Shown: positions 19,986 to 29,594, numbered from the stretch's first letter. The stretch: 64,000 nt of DNA from Candidatus Poribacteria bacterium (GCA_965198175.1 OZ240245.1:608001-672000), one strand, 5' to 3'. The notes: generated from the sequence alone by a model not told the origin. Numbers and translations are program-made.

Positions 19986-21229
19986 TTTCGCTTTTCTGTC
20001 TTCTTTGATCGGTTGGAATTTTTCCTCTCGAAATCGAACAGTTGGAGTTGTCTCGCCTTTGCAGCGTTGACAGATGCCGGATCGGGTTGCAATTGATTGA
20101 GGCGTAGGAGTTCCCCAGTTGTATACAGTCGATCGCGTACGGCAGACCTTCCTGTCTCGTCCACACGGGCGATCGCCGTAGTGCCGCCACGTGCTTCGAC
20201 CGCGAGAATCGACTCTGAATCAAGGTTCTTGTCATCAAGCAAGTCGGGACTGTGGCTGGTGATAATAATCTGTGTGTTATCGGCTGCGTCCCGAAGTCCA
20301 TCGAGCAACACGCCTGCCGCTGCTGGGTGAAGCGCGATTTCGGGCTCTTCAATTCCCACGAGCAGCACGCGTTTTTTCGAATCGTGGCTCCCTTGAAACA
20401 GCGCGACAAGAATACCCAACACGCGGAGGGTGCCATCAGACATGTTGTTTGCGAGAAATCGCCATTGGTGCTTTGCGCCTGCGACGCCCTGCCGGAACTG
20501 TAACGTCTCCTTGGGTCCAAACTTTTTGACCTGTACCTCATGCACGCCAGGGACAACCTTCGCTAGATATTCCTCTATACGTCCCCTTACGGAGGGTGAA
20601 AGCTGGGCAAGGACACTTGCAAGGTTGCTCCCGTCACGAATAAGCAGGTCACCCGGATCGGGGGCTTGAAGATCTCGGATTTTATCGGGGTTGAGACTAT
20701 AAAATCCCATCTGGGAAATGGCTTCGTAGACGGGACGAAATTCTTTCAGCCCGGAGGCGTTTACCAGATAAAGCCGATCCGTTGTAGCAGCCGGTGCGAC
20801 CTTAACGCTCGTCTCGGTCACCGTGCCATTCTCAACATGAAAGTATTCTTCGTGGATAGGAATTTGCAGACTAGAAACTCTGCACTCTTCCCTCTGAACT
20901 TCGTATCCTCCCGGTGGTCGATCGCCGATGCAGAATGTGTAGTGTCCGGTAGAGTTTTCAGGCAAGGTGAAATCGAGACGAATGCTGATACGGTATGGAC
21001 GACCGCGGAATCGGCGCCGGACATCGTTAATGCCCCCTCGATCACGTATGGCGTGGTCTAGCGATGAATTCAACGCATCGGCGACGAATCGCAGAGAGTC
21101 GAGAAAATTGCTCTTTCCTGCGCCGTTGGGACCCACGAGGAACGTCAATGGGCGCAGCCGCACATCGCACCCGGCGATGCTCTTATAGTTTTTTAGGGCA
21201 ACCCTTGTGATAAACGTTGAATCGTTCAT
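19982..21229 (-). CDS. AAA_21/ABC-type ATPase
   Basis: LKNYKSI, GPNGAGKSN, MSDGTLR signature, IEEPEIALHP, ITSHSP. Confidence 0.9.
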   Translation of the reverse strand: MNDSTFITRVALKNYKSIAGCDVRLRPLTFLVGPNGAGKSNFLDSLRFVADALNSSLDHAIRDRGGINDVRRRFRGRPYRISIRLDFTLPENSTGHYTFCIGDRPPGGYEVQREECRVSSLQIPIHEEYFHVENGTVTETSVKVAPAATTDRLYLVNASGLKEFRPVYEAISQMGFYSLNPDKIRDLQAPDPGDLLIRDGSNLASVLAQLSPSVRGRIEEYLAKVVPGVHEVQVKKFGPKETLQFRQGVAGAKHQWRFLANNMSDGTLRVLGILVALFQGSHDSKKRVLLVGIEEPEIALHPAAAGVLLDGLRDAADNTQIIITSHSPDLLDDKNLDSESILAVEARGGTTAIARVDETGRSAVRDRLYTTGELLRLNQLQPDPASVNAAKARQLQLFDFERKNSNRSKKTEKRK

Positions 21230-21230
21230 G

Positions 21231-21299
21231 TCAGTGTTCCAATCGTACCTTATAGCGCAACCAGCGATCCATTTCTATCAATCGATCAGTCGCGTTCAT
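21231..21299 (-). pseudogene. 5' remnant of a HEPN-domain gene (MNATDRLIEMDRWLRY...)
   Basis: ATG overlaps the end of the MNT. The RWLRY helix resembles HEPN N-termini. Stops after 22 codons, 1 bp before the ATPase start. Confidence 0.5.
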
Positions 21300-21609
21300 A
21301 TAGTATCTCCCCTTCGTGCTGGGCGTAGCGCAACACCGAGCTGCCCCAATCTCGCTTGCGCTCAAGCTCTTCCGGCGTTGAAACAATGATATCTTTAGGC
21401 ACTGGCATGTCTTTAAGGACTCGTCGAATCTCAATCGCTGCTTTTCGCTTGTCGGCACATTCGGAGAAGACTACGAGCAGATCTACATCGCTATGCGGAT
21501 GCGCCTCGCCGCGCGCATGCGAACCGAAGAGAATAATTTGCTTGGGATGAAAGTCTCGCACGATGCGATTTGTCATGGTTGCGATGTGATCGTTATTATT
21601 TATCTCCAT
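21286..21609 (-). CDS. Nucleotidyltransferase domain protein (MNT)
   Basis: ILFGSHARG...SDVDLLVV, PKDIIV, EGEILYE. Start uncertain (21609 or 21624). Confidence 0.85.
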   Translation of the reverse strand: MEINNNDHIATMTNRIVRDFHPKQIILFGSHARGEAHPHSDVDLLVVFSECADKRKAAIEIRRVLKDMPVPKDIIVSTPEELERKRDWGSSVLRYAQHEGEILYERD

Positions 21610-21814
21610 TTTGTTTACTTTCATTCTTGAGGGGATCGTCTTTTGTTAATTCGCCATTCGGCAGTTCGTAGTAGATGTGCCCATTGTAAGAGTACACATT
21701 TGGAATGCCTCTTTTGCGATTCTCTTCCTGCGCTTTTTTGACGGCGCGATTGCCGATTCGCAGTAGTTCACGTGTGCGTTTGTAGGTCTCAGGGCTTAAT
21801 TCGTCTTGACTCAT
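21596..21814 (-). CDS. Small conserved-type hypothetical protein, partner of the zeta-like ATPase
   Basis: AVKKAQEENRKRGIPNVYSYNGHIYY, a pattern usually found after zeta-like ATPases; overlapping gene arrangement. Confidence 0.65.
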   Translation of the reverse strand: MSQDELSPETYKRTRELLRIGNRAVKKAQEENRKRGIPNVYSYNGHIYYELPNGELTKDDPLKNESKQNGDK

Positions 21815-22397
21815 TGTGTGCCTCCATTTCAAGGTCTTGCATAAACAGTTCAAAGCAATCTTCGTTTGTCACCGTGATTCGATCGCCCGCCCCAGCGGCG
21901 ACATCCTGAAGATGCTCTCCAGAATTATAGAACAAATCCCACTTGTCAACCAGCTTTTTGTAGGTGTACCAAAAGTTATGCTTGCTCCGGTAGAATCGAC
22001 GCACGATGTCTTCCGCTGGTACATGGTGACCCCCTGCCATCACTCGATTTCGCACACGAGTGATGCACATATCGGGGGATTTGAGAAAAAGAAAGATGAT
22101 TTCCACGGTGTATCCAGCGCGTTTCAATTGGCGGGTTATCCGCTCAAACCCCTTTCCCGCGAGGGTTACTTCTACGGCGAAATCTTTTTCCGCTTTAATA
22201 AGACGTTGGATTTCCGCAAAAAATAGACGGCCCGCTTGAATTTTAGCTTTGTCGAAGTCCTCTGGTGTGGATACCAGTTTTCCCGCTAGCGCGTCGGCAC
22301 TGATGTATTCAACATCTGAATCGCGGAGATATTCGAATGCAAACGTCGTTTTGCCCGATCCGTTGGGTCCCGTGATGACTGTCACACGTTTTGACAA
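21789..22397 (-). CDS. Zeta-toxin-like P-loop ATPase/kinase
   Basis: GPNGSGKTT, ISADAL, RVMAGGHHVP, YNS. Confidence 0.8.
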   Translation of the reverse strand: MSKRVTVITGPNGSGKTTFAFEYLRDSDVEYISADALAGKLVSTPEDFDKAKIQAGRLFFAEIQRLIKAEKDFAVEVTLAGKGFERITRQLKRAGYTVEIIFLFLKSPDMCITRVRNRVMAGGHHVPAEDIVRRFYRSKHNFWYTYKKLVDKWDLFYNSGEHLQDVAAGAGDRITVTNEDCFELFMQDLEMEAHNESRRIKP

Positions 22398-22597
22398 GGT
22401 CCATCCTTTCTACCCTCCGATCGGTGGCTTCGGACGGTCAATCTTACGTCAAACCCGGTCTCAGTAATAACAACTCCCGTTGCGGTGTTCAATCTTGCGC
22501 ACTACCGCCGTTCGCTATTTTTCCTTGTTATTCTGCACAGGACGTGAATCCGCACAGCTTTGCACGGCGATATAGATTCATCGGGTGTACCGCCTTT

Positions 22598-23401
22598 TCA
22601 GCCATCCCACTCTCCCAAAAGTTCCTTGATTTTGCGCTCTATGTTTGGACTTCGCATCAACGACTCGCCGACCAGAATCGCGTTGACACCGGCTTCCTGC
22701 AGCGCTTCAACATCCTCGCGGGTATAGATGCCGCTTTCGCTCACGACAATTTTATCCGCTGGGATGGATTTAATCATGCGGAACGTGGTCCCGATGTCCG
22801 TCTCGAAGGTTTCGAGATTGCGGTTATTGACGCCGATGATTTCTGCGTCTGCCTGTAGCGCGAGCGCCAACTCTTCCTCGGTATGAACTTCGACGAGGCT
22901 GGCGAGATTTAGCGTTCGAGCGATTTGGATAAATTCGCGCAACTGTGCTAACGTCAAAATTGCGACAATCAGCAGAATTGCATCAGCACCGGCGAGGCGG
23001 GCTTGATAAATCTGATAAGGGTCGACCGTGAAATCTTTTCGCAGAAGCGGCAAGTCGACCGCACCGCGTATCGCGGTGAGATGCGTGAGATGACCGTCGA
23101 AAAATTGAGGATCTGTCAGCACAGAAACCGCCGAAACGCCCGCCTTTGCGTATGTTCTGGCAATCTCAGCCGGATCGAAATCCTCTCGGAGAACTCCTTT
23201 ACTTGGCGACTTTTTCTTAACTTCAGCGATCAGATTGAGGCGATTCGGGGTGGCTAGCGCGGACCGGAAATCCCGCGTGGGCGGCTGATCGCCAAGCTGC
23301 GCACTCAACTCGGCGAACGGGAGGCGGCGCTGATCTTGTTTGAGTTCCTTGAATTTGTGGTTGACAATGGTATCCAAGATGGACGGCTTTTCTTTACTCA
23401 T
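22598..23401 (-). CDS. trpC: Indole-3-glycerol phosphate synthase
   Basis: IAEVKKKSPSKG, SVLTD, LRKDF, GADAILLI, GVNNRNL, SESGI, LVGESLM. Confidence 0.97.
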   Translation of the reverse strand: MSKEKPSILDTIVNHKFKELKQDQRRLPFAELSAQLGDQPPTRDFRSALATPNRLNLIAEVKKKSPSKGVLREDFDPAEIARTYAKAGVSAVSVLTDPQFFDGHLTHLTAIRGAVDLPLLRKDFTVDPYQIYQARLAGADAILLIVAILTLAQLREFIQIARTLNLASLVEVHTEEELALALQADAEIIGVNNRNLETFETDIGTTFRMIKSIPADKIVVSESGIYTREDVEALQEAGVNAILVGESLMRSPNIERKIKELLGEWDG

Positions 23402-23677
23402 TCAGTTTCCCGATTCGTCTATCGCAGCTTCACTTTTTGCCTGATACTCACGATAAAGAGACTCGATACAGCCGCCGCAGAAACAGTAAACTCTGCTGTA
23501 CCCTCCGAGCTCTTTTTCCATCAGCTCGTCCACCGGAAATTCCTCATGACAGAGCGCGCACTCCTCCATGGCGATTTGTAGCGTTGGATCCTGCGTTTCA
23601 CGTCGTTTGGACACATTATGCAGAACAATCCAAACGACGAGGGGGATTACAATGAACGAAATGATAGGAATCAGCAT
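23402..23677 (-). CDS. Small TM-anchored Cys-rich hypothetical protein
   Basis: N-terminal TM, CALC and CFCGGC motifs; stop abuts the trpC start. Confidence 0.65.
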   Translation of the reverse strand: MLIPIISFIVIPLVVWIVLHNVSKRRETQDPTLQIAMEECALCHEEFPVDELMEKELGGYSRVYCFCGGCIESLYREYQAKSEAAIDESGN

Positions 23678-23703
23678 CGTTAATCGTCTCTAAGTAACAT
23701 ACT

Positions 23704-23833
23704 GCTCCGCTGGAGCGGAAGAGGGTTGTGAATGCCGTTTCTATAGACATGTCGCTCCGCTGGAGCGAAACCCTTCTAACCGCATTACGCCTATGTGAGC
23801 AACAATGTCTTGCGCTCCAGCGGAGCGGTATGT
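23704..23833. repeat. Cluster of three GCTCC(A/G)...GGAGC short hairpin repeats
   Basis: GCTCCGCTGGAGC at 23704 and 23754, inverse GCTCCAGCGGAGC at 23814; a related copy at 29081. Confidence 0.7.
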
Positions 23834-23983
23834 GGATATTTGCGATAAATCGCTATTTCTAGGAAAGCATGATACGCTCTCATTGAGATGTGGGCAAAAG
23901 TAAGCCTTTCTTGTCGGGGGATATCTGAATTTGTGTAAATGCAAAAGGCTATAAGTCACAATTTTTTGATTTTCATTACAACA

Positions 23984-24173
23984 TAGGAGTTACACAGTTG
24001 AACGTCCAAAGGTTCGTAGTAGGGATCAACTGAGCGAATAGCAAAGGCGATAGAGTTCCCTCTTTATTGCCCGTTTTTACATAAAAAATATGTCAGGTGA
24101 CGTACAAAGAAGTGAACGACCTGCCGGACGCGCAATAAATTGCGCTACTACAAACTGAACTGCGTAAGTCCTA
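23984..24173. mobile_element. MITE-like element with TAGGACTTACGCAGTT-type terminal inverted repeats
   Basis: Left TAGGAGTTACACAGTT vs right AACTGCGTAAGTCCTA (14/16 inverted match); both ends shared with 27750-27920. Confidence 0.65.
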
Positions 24174-24299
24174 ACAGCAGTTAATCCTAGTGAATAGTGC
24201 AAAATACACATACAATTGAAAAGAGGCAATCCACGCGGGTGCGCAAATTGCCCCTATTATCTTCTGCTGAATAGACTAACGGGTTGATTGGGTGACCGT

Positions 24300-24644
24300 T
24301 CAACCAGAAATCGCCGCCGCCACAATCAGCCCCTGCGCAATTAGCAGCCCTGCGATGGCAATCCCAGCCGCGGCATTATTATCCTCAGCAATTTCGTGAT
24401 TCAGGTCGTACGGTGTGACGGCGTCGAAAATCTTATATCCGACCACCAAGACAACCATCCCGACGATGCTGAAAATGACGCTTTCGATGATGAGCAGCGC
24501 GAGGTGCTTGAAGTCGATAAATGTGCCTGCGCTTGTGGTTTCACTGCTATCGCCTTGAGCATCAACCGCTGTCGATAGGAACGATGCGGCGACAATAAAA
24601 GCGATTGCGACACAGAAACTGAGTAGAACGATTTTTTTTGCCAT
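24300..24644 (-). CDS. DUF350 family membrane protein
   Basis: KIFDAVTPYDLNHEIAEDNNAAAGIAIAG...IVAAAI. Confidence 0.85.
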   Translation of the reverse strand: MAKKIVLLSFCVAIAFIVAASFLSTAVDAQGDSSETTSAGTFIDFKHLALLIIESVIFSIVGMVVLVVGYKIFDAVTPYDLNHEIAEDNNAAAGIAIAGLLIAQGLIVAAAISG

Positions 24645-24731
24645 TGCTGAATTCCTCCTACTTTGAGAGTGATGTTTGTGACTTGAATTGCGGGTTCACG
24701 GATATGCTACTTCGTTATTGGGGTTCAGAAA

Positions 24732-25442
24732 CTATATGTATTCTGCCTCCTCCTCGGCAGGATAGACATTCACATCGGGTTGGGAGATTAACGCTCCGAC
24801 ATAGAAGGTCAACCAATTGCCACAGTGCTCAACACACATGAGCTCCTCATCTTCGTTGGCGTATTCGTGTAGCTCTACATCGTACTCGTCCGATGTCTGT
24901 GCATTGACAACGGTCATTTTTGCTGGGGTAATCGTTTGACGAACATACTCAACCAAAATCTCCATATCTTCGTCATCAGGGTCCGGGTAGTGGAGTGTGA
25001 TACTGTCCGGCAGATCGGCGCTTGATCCAGAACCGTCCACAGCTTCTTCGACGATGATATCGGAGCTGTCGTAGTCATCGTCCTCGAAGTAATATTCTTC
25101 CTCATCTTCCATCTCTTCCGGGTCGGAGCTGTCGCTATCTAATTCCTCCTCGCTATCGATAATCCATCGAGAGACTTCAAACTCATCTGTGCCTCCGATT
25201 TGGTCAACGCCTAAAACCACGACCTCATCCCTGTCCTTGAGCAGGTACATATAGCGCATTAAACTTTCGCCCTCATACTTCTTTCGCTCTATCAGTTCAA
25301 ACGTGCGGGATGGTGTATCGCTGGTTTCAAAGGTGATAGGATCGGTGAGTTCAATCATACTGCCGATGGGAATTTCTACCAACTCGTGTCGTTCCGGTTT
25401 TTGAGTTTTGCGTTTACGCGCAAATAACCCCATGTCCTTCAC
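24732..25442 (-). CDS. Acidic DUF4178-like hypothetical protein
   Basis: C-terminal EYANEDEELMCVEH...FYVGALI pattern, adjacent to DUF350; long Asp/Glu tract. Confidence 0.55.
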   Translation of the reverse strand: MKDMGLFARKRKTQKPERHELVEIPIGSMIELTDPITFETSDTPSRTFELIERKKYEGESLMRYMYLLKDRDEVVVLGVDQIGGTDEFEVSRWIIDSEEELDSDSSDPEEMEDEEEYYFEDDDYDSSDIIVEEAVDGSGSSADLPDSITLHYPDPDDEDMEILVEYVRQTITPAKMTVVNAQTSDEYDVELHEYANEDEELMCVEHCGNWLTFYVGALISQPDVNVYPAEEEAEYI

Positions 25443-25454
25443 CTCTATCCCTCA

Positions 25455-26546
25455 TTAGAAGTATCCCTTGTTATACAATACCAAAACTACGATGCCGACG
25501 ATAATCAGGCTGCCGAACACGATGAGGAACCAAGCGCCGCCAGATGTCTTTTTCTGAACGACGACCTTTCTCTCGACCGTAACCCGCTGGGGTTGTGACT
25601 GAACGGCTGCGGCAGGTTTGGAACCGCTCGCTAAAACTGTCTCGCGGAGTTCGCTCTCGTTTGGAAGTTCTTCGACGGTCACAGCTTCAGCGGCATTGGG
25701 ACCGTAAAACTTGTCGCTATTTTCTTCAACGTGCGATTCGATGTAGTCTTCATCGCGGTTGGTGCCCGGGTCAACATAATTCGAGTTCTTTTCGACACCT
25801 TGGCTGTCGTAGTAAGCAAGCCAACGCTCATATTCTGACTGCTTGTCCTTCGACCAGTGTGACCGATCATAATCGTGGTGATGATAGTGCCATAGCCAGC
25901 TACGGTGCATCATGTGGTTATAGCGATCGTGGAAATAGATTCCGCCAAGCAGATTTGCATACATAATGCTTGCACCAAGACCGAAGGTGGAATAGCCTCC
26001 AAGCGGGTAGTAGCCGCCGAAATTATTGACCGTAATGGGTGAGGCTGCTTGACTGGATCGGCGTCGTTCACGGGCAGTTTCGCGCCGTGCCTGCCTTGTT
26101 TGGCGTTTGAGACTGCGGTTCTCTGCTTTGAGGTTTCGGGTCCCTGCGCGACGTTGACTCTGCAGCGTCCGCCTTTGACCACTTGTCATATTTCTCGTTG
26201 AGACCGCGGATGAGGTTCTCGCACCGCTCATGGCACTCTGTTTTTGACGTACCGCAGTGCTTTGCCGCGCCGTAGCGCTTCCTGACCGCTGACCAGCGGA
26301 TTGACCGTAACTTTTGCTCGTGCTGCGTTGACCGGTGGGTGAAGCCGCGCTTCGGTAAGATTTCGACGATGAACGGTTACTGCTCGACGAACGGCTGTAG
26401 GTCTTGCTCGAACTGCGGCTGCTGTAACTTCTGCCGAACGATCGACCGAAACCTCCGCCTCCCTTCGAAAAGACGTCGGCGTTTAGGCTAAACACGAATA
26501 AAGCAACAATAATCGAGATTGACAGGCGTTGGATAGTTCGGCTCAT
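25455..26546 (-). CDS. Secreted/membrane protein with Gly/Ser/Arg low-complexity N-terminus and C-terminal TM
   Basis: Signal peptide, GGGGFGRS/SR-rich tract, His/Trp/Tyr-rich core, C-terminal TM; RBS GAGGAGG. Confidence 0.75.
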   Translation of the reverse strand: MSRTIQRLSISIIVALFVFSLNADVFSKGGGGFGRSFGRSYSSRSSSKTYSRSSSSNRSSSKSYRSAASPTGQRSTSKSYGQSAGQRSGSATARQSTAVRQKQSAMSGARTSSAVSTRNMTSGQRRTLQSQRRAGTRNLKAENRSLKRQTRQARRETARERRRSSQAASPITVNNFGGYYPLGGYSTFGLGASIMYANLLGGIYFHDRYNHMMHRSWLWHYHHHDYDRSHWSKDKQSEYERWLAYYDSQGVEKNSNYVDPGTNRDEDYIESHVEENSDKFYGPNAAEAVTVEELPNESELRETVLASGSKPAAAVQSQPQRVTVERKVVVQKKTSGGAWFLIVFGSLIIVGIVVLVLYNKGYF

Positions 26547-26636
26547 TTTACATTCCTCCTCACATGTGGATGGTGATTCACTAGCCCGATAGTTGGTAAT
26601 CGTTATTGCTTACTGCTGGAATCGAGAAAAATCGAC

Positions 26637-26665
26637 TTGACAATTTTCAGCGGATATTATATCAT
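26637..26665 (+). promoter_or_regulatory. Sigma70-type promoter of tRNA-Arg
   Basis: TTGACA (26637-42), 17-bp spacer, TATCAT (26660-65). Confidence 0.75.
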
Positions 26666-26680
26666 TAAATATCTTAAGGT

Positions 26681-26754
<74 letters not shown>

Positions 26755-26874
26755 TCAGCCTTCTTCAGCTTCCTTCCTTTTCGCGATCCTTGCCATCGGT
26801 TTATAGATTCGTAATAAGTAGTTTTGGTAGCTCACAGTCTTGATTATGAAGAACACTGGTAATTACATGGATTT

Positions 26875-27254
26875 TTACGTACGTTTCTTGCGTACTGGGT
26901 AAATCTCATGACGAGGATCCCACCAAAGTACATAAGCTGAGTTTCCCCTTCGGATTGCCCAAAGCCGCTTCTTGCCATTTAGATGAAATGAAACTAATTC
27001 ATCCACATCATCATACTTTAGTTCTTGTAACCTCTTTTGTGCAGGTTTTATAATTTTATCCACAGCTATTGCGTGGTGGGAGGAGCCTAATATATCGTTC
27101 CACGTCATCGTTTGAAACTGGTTCATCTTACTCCATATGTTCCTCAAGATACGCATCGAATTCCAACCCCATTTTCCACCCACATCAATCCTTGAAAAGT
27201 CCCAAACGAGCTTTTTACTTTAGGGGACCTCTTTCTCTTACTCCTCTTCCTCAT
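26875..27254 (-). pseudogene. Putative RelE-like toxin paired with the Panacea antitoxin, apparently frameshifted near its 5' end
   Basis: C-terminus ELVSFHLNGKKRLWAIRRGNSAYVLWWDPRHEIYP. The conserved-looking VWDFSRID precedes the ORF; ATG 27254 is one base out of frame across an A5 run. Confidence 0.55.
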
Positions 27255-27693
27255 CTTCTGCAGAAAGTAATGTGCTATAGTAATTTGCCATGAAAGCTAA
27301 AGGTATAATTTTGTTACCTCGCTCCATCGGATCAAGTCCTTCCCTTGCTTGAATCCAAGGGTCTTCCATATGTGTAAGGGCAATTAGCCAATGGGCAGAT
27401 TTATCCCCATAGTATTCAATAATGGCATCAACCGTAGCGCGCTGTTCCTTATTCAACAAACTGGCATCACCAGACGATACCGATGATATTTTGTACTTTC
27501 TTTTATGGTAATCAAACAATTCTTTTACCACGGGACCATTTGCCCAAGCCTGAATATCTTCGCTAAATAATGGTTCTTCGTCCCATACCAAAGACCACGC
27601 TTGACTATAGTATACTAGTTTCTGAAGTTTCATGGTTGTCATTTTGCCCATTCTCTCCAGAATATAGGCCGCGACATCAAATACACTTACGAC
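27238..27693 (-). CDS. Panacea/DUF4065 (SocA/GepA-like) antitoxin
   Basis: MKLQKLVYYSQAWSL, IQAWANGPVV, LTHMEDPW. The conserved N-terminus SVFDVAAYIL lies upstream of the first ATG (27651). Confidence 0.8.
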   Translation of the reverse strand, partial: VVSVFDVAAYILERMGKMTTMKLQKLVYYSQAWSLVWDEEPLFSEDIQAWANGPVVKELFDYHKRKYKISSVSSGDASLLNKEQRATVDAIIEYYGDKSAHWLIALTHMEDPWIQAREGLDPMERGNKIIPLAFMANYYSTLLSAEDEEEE

Positions 27694-27749
27694 GATTGAC
27701 CTCTTTTCTCAAAAAATAAAGTTCTACGAATTACATATGATTATACGTT

Positions 27750-27920
27750 ACAGACTTGCACAGTTGAACGTTCAAAGCCTCGTGGTAGGGCGATTTCTCG
27801 CCGGAAAACGCAACTCCCGACGCCCGATGAATCGGGCAACGACAGTAGGTTTGTAGTAGGGCGATTCCGTCACAACGCGAAATGGATTGCGCTACTACAA
27901 ACGGAAGTGCGTAAGTCCTA
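27750..27920. mobile_element. Second MITE-like copy
   Basis: Shares CACAGTTGAACGT.CAAAG..TCGT.GTAGGG and ATTGCGCTACTACAAAC.GAA.TGCGTAAGTCCTA with 23984-24173. Confidence 0.65.
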
Positions 27921-28115
27921 CGTTCGATTCAAAATCTAATCAATTATACCCTTATATATAAATTCTGTCAATAATTTGTTGTGGACTTTGCACCGATACA
28001 GGTCCATCGCTCTATCATTTTTTGGCTTGTATTATTGTTCGCTGTGTGATACCTTATCACATGAATGACCTGATGTAGCAGGGTAATTTCACGCTTCCTT
28101 GTAAAGGAGTATTGT

Positions 28116-29000
28116 GTGAGTATTGATGTTCAGTATCCAGAACTGTTGGATTTGGTTGATGCCGACGCTCAGGTCGATCAACTTGGAACTGGGTGTCAGT
28201 TTACCGAGGGACCGCTCTGGAACACCGCGGAGGAGTTTCTGCTGTTCAGTGACATCCCCGCAAATCAGATAAAAAGTTGGAGTCCTGAATCCGGAATCAC
28301 AAGCTTCCGAGCTCCATCGGGCAGATCGAACGGTCTGACTTATGATAAACAGGGTCGGCTGATTGCATGCGAACATGGGAATCGCCGTGTCTCACGAACA
28401 GAAGCTGATTGGGCAATCATCCCAATCGCCACGCACTATAACGGAAAGCGCTTGAACAGCCCGAACGATGTCGTGGTGAAATCGGATGGGAGCATCTACT
28501 TTACCGATCCACCCTACGGCATAATGACTGACAACCGGGAAATCACGGGGCAAGAACTTGATTTTCAAGGCGTCTTCCGACTTTCTGCAGATGGTCGGAC
28601 ACTGACGCTTCTCGTCGATGATTTTGATCGCCCGAATGGACTTTGCTTCTCGCCGGACGAATCGATTCTTTACATTGATGATACCGCCCGAATGCATATT
28701 CGTGCTTTTGATGTTCAACCCGATGGCACGCTTGCAAAGGGGCGAATTTTCGCCGAAGAATCCGGTGAAAATGGGGTGCCGGACGGAATGAAGGTCGATC
28801 AGCGAGGAAACCTCTATGCGACTGGACCTGGCGGCGTTTGGATCTTCGATCCGTCGGGGAAACACCTTGGTGTCATCGGAATACCAGAAATTACAGCCAA
28901 CCTCGCTTGGGGCGGCGATGATTGGAAGTCGCTTTTCATCACAGCGACCACTTCAATCTATCGCGTGCAATGCAAGGTCTCAGGCATTCCTGTTCCCTAA
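28116..29000 (+). CDS. SMP-30/gluconolactonase/LRE family protein
   Basis: FTEGPLW, LNSPNDVV, RPNGLCFSPD, PDGMKVD; RBS AAGGAG. Confidence 0.92.
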   Translation: MSIDVQYPELLDLVDADAQVDQLGTGCQFTEGPLWNTAEEFLLFSDIPANQIKSWSPESGITSFRAPSGRSNGLTYDKQGRLIACEHGNRRVSRTEADWAIIPIATHYNGKRLNSPNDVVVKSDGSIYFTDPPYGIMTDNREITGQELDFQGVFRLSADGRTLTLLVDDFDRPNGLCFSPDESILYIDDTARMHIRAFDVQPDGTLAKGRIFAEESGENGVPDGMKVDQRGNLYATGPGGVWIFDPSGKHLGVIGIPEITANLAWGGDDWKSLFITATTSIYRVQCKVSGIPVP

Positions 29001-29113
29001 AATACCTAAAAGAAACCGGGTTTTTGCCAAAAATGTAATGGTCACGTAGATAGCGGGCGCTCGCAACTTCTAATTCTTGCGCTCCAGCGGAGTGCTATGT
29101 TTATAGGACACCG

Positions 29114-29557
29114 ATGAGGGTAAAAATCAAACGGCTCGACAAGAATCTTCCATTGCCGCAATATGCAACCGCCGGTTCTGTCGGCTTTGATTTGGTGTGC
29201 CGCGAATCGGTGGCGATTGAACCGCGTACATTGGGGCTAGTTCCCGCGAATGTCATTGTCGAAACGCCGCCAGGATACATGCTGATGGTGACGCTGCGCA
29301 GTAGCACGCCCCGTAAACGCGGATTGCTCATCCCGCATGGGGTTGGCGTCATCGATCAGGATTACTGTGGAGAAGACGATGAGATTAAGATTCAAATATA
29401 CAATTTCTCGGACCGACCGGTAGCGATTGAGCGTGGCGATAAGATTGCGCAAGCGATTTTCGTGCGAGTGGATCAGGTAGATTGGATGGAGGTATCGGAG
29501 ACGTACTCAAAGACGCGCGGTGGATTTGGAAGCACCGATAAAGCGAACCGCGCGTAG
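29114..29557 (+). CDS. dut: dUTP diphosphatase
   Basis: GSVGFDL, RSS, GVIDQDYCG, IAQ, RGGFGST. Confidence 0.93.
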   Translation: MRVKIKRLDKNLPLPQYATAGSVGFDLVCRESVAIEPRTLGLVPANVIVETPPGYMLMVTLRSSTPRKRGLLIPHGVGVIDQDYCGEDDEIKIQIYNFSDRPVAIERGDKIAQAIFVRVDQVDWMEVSETYSKTRGGFGSTDKANRA

Positions 29558-29594
29558 GGGTTTTCCCGAACCTTCCCTGTTTAGAAGGCGGACA

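Noticed and set aside
8032..22397. Prophage or integrative element
   Set aside because: No integrase, transposase, structural genes or att duplication were found.
23701..23960. GCTCCGCTGGAGC repeats as a CRISPR array; ORF 23741-23959
   Set aside because: Only three 13-bp units, one inverted, and no cas genes. The ORF is repeat-derived.
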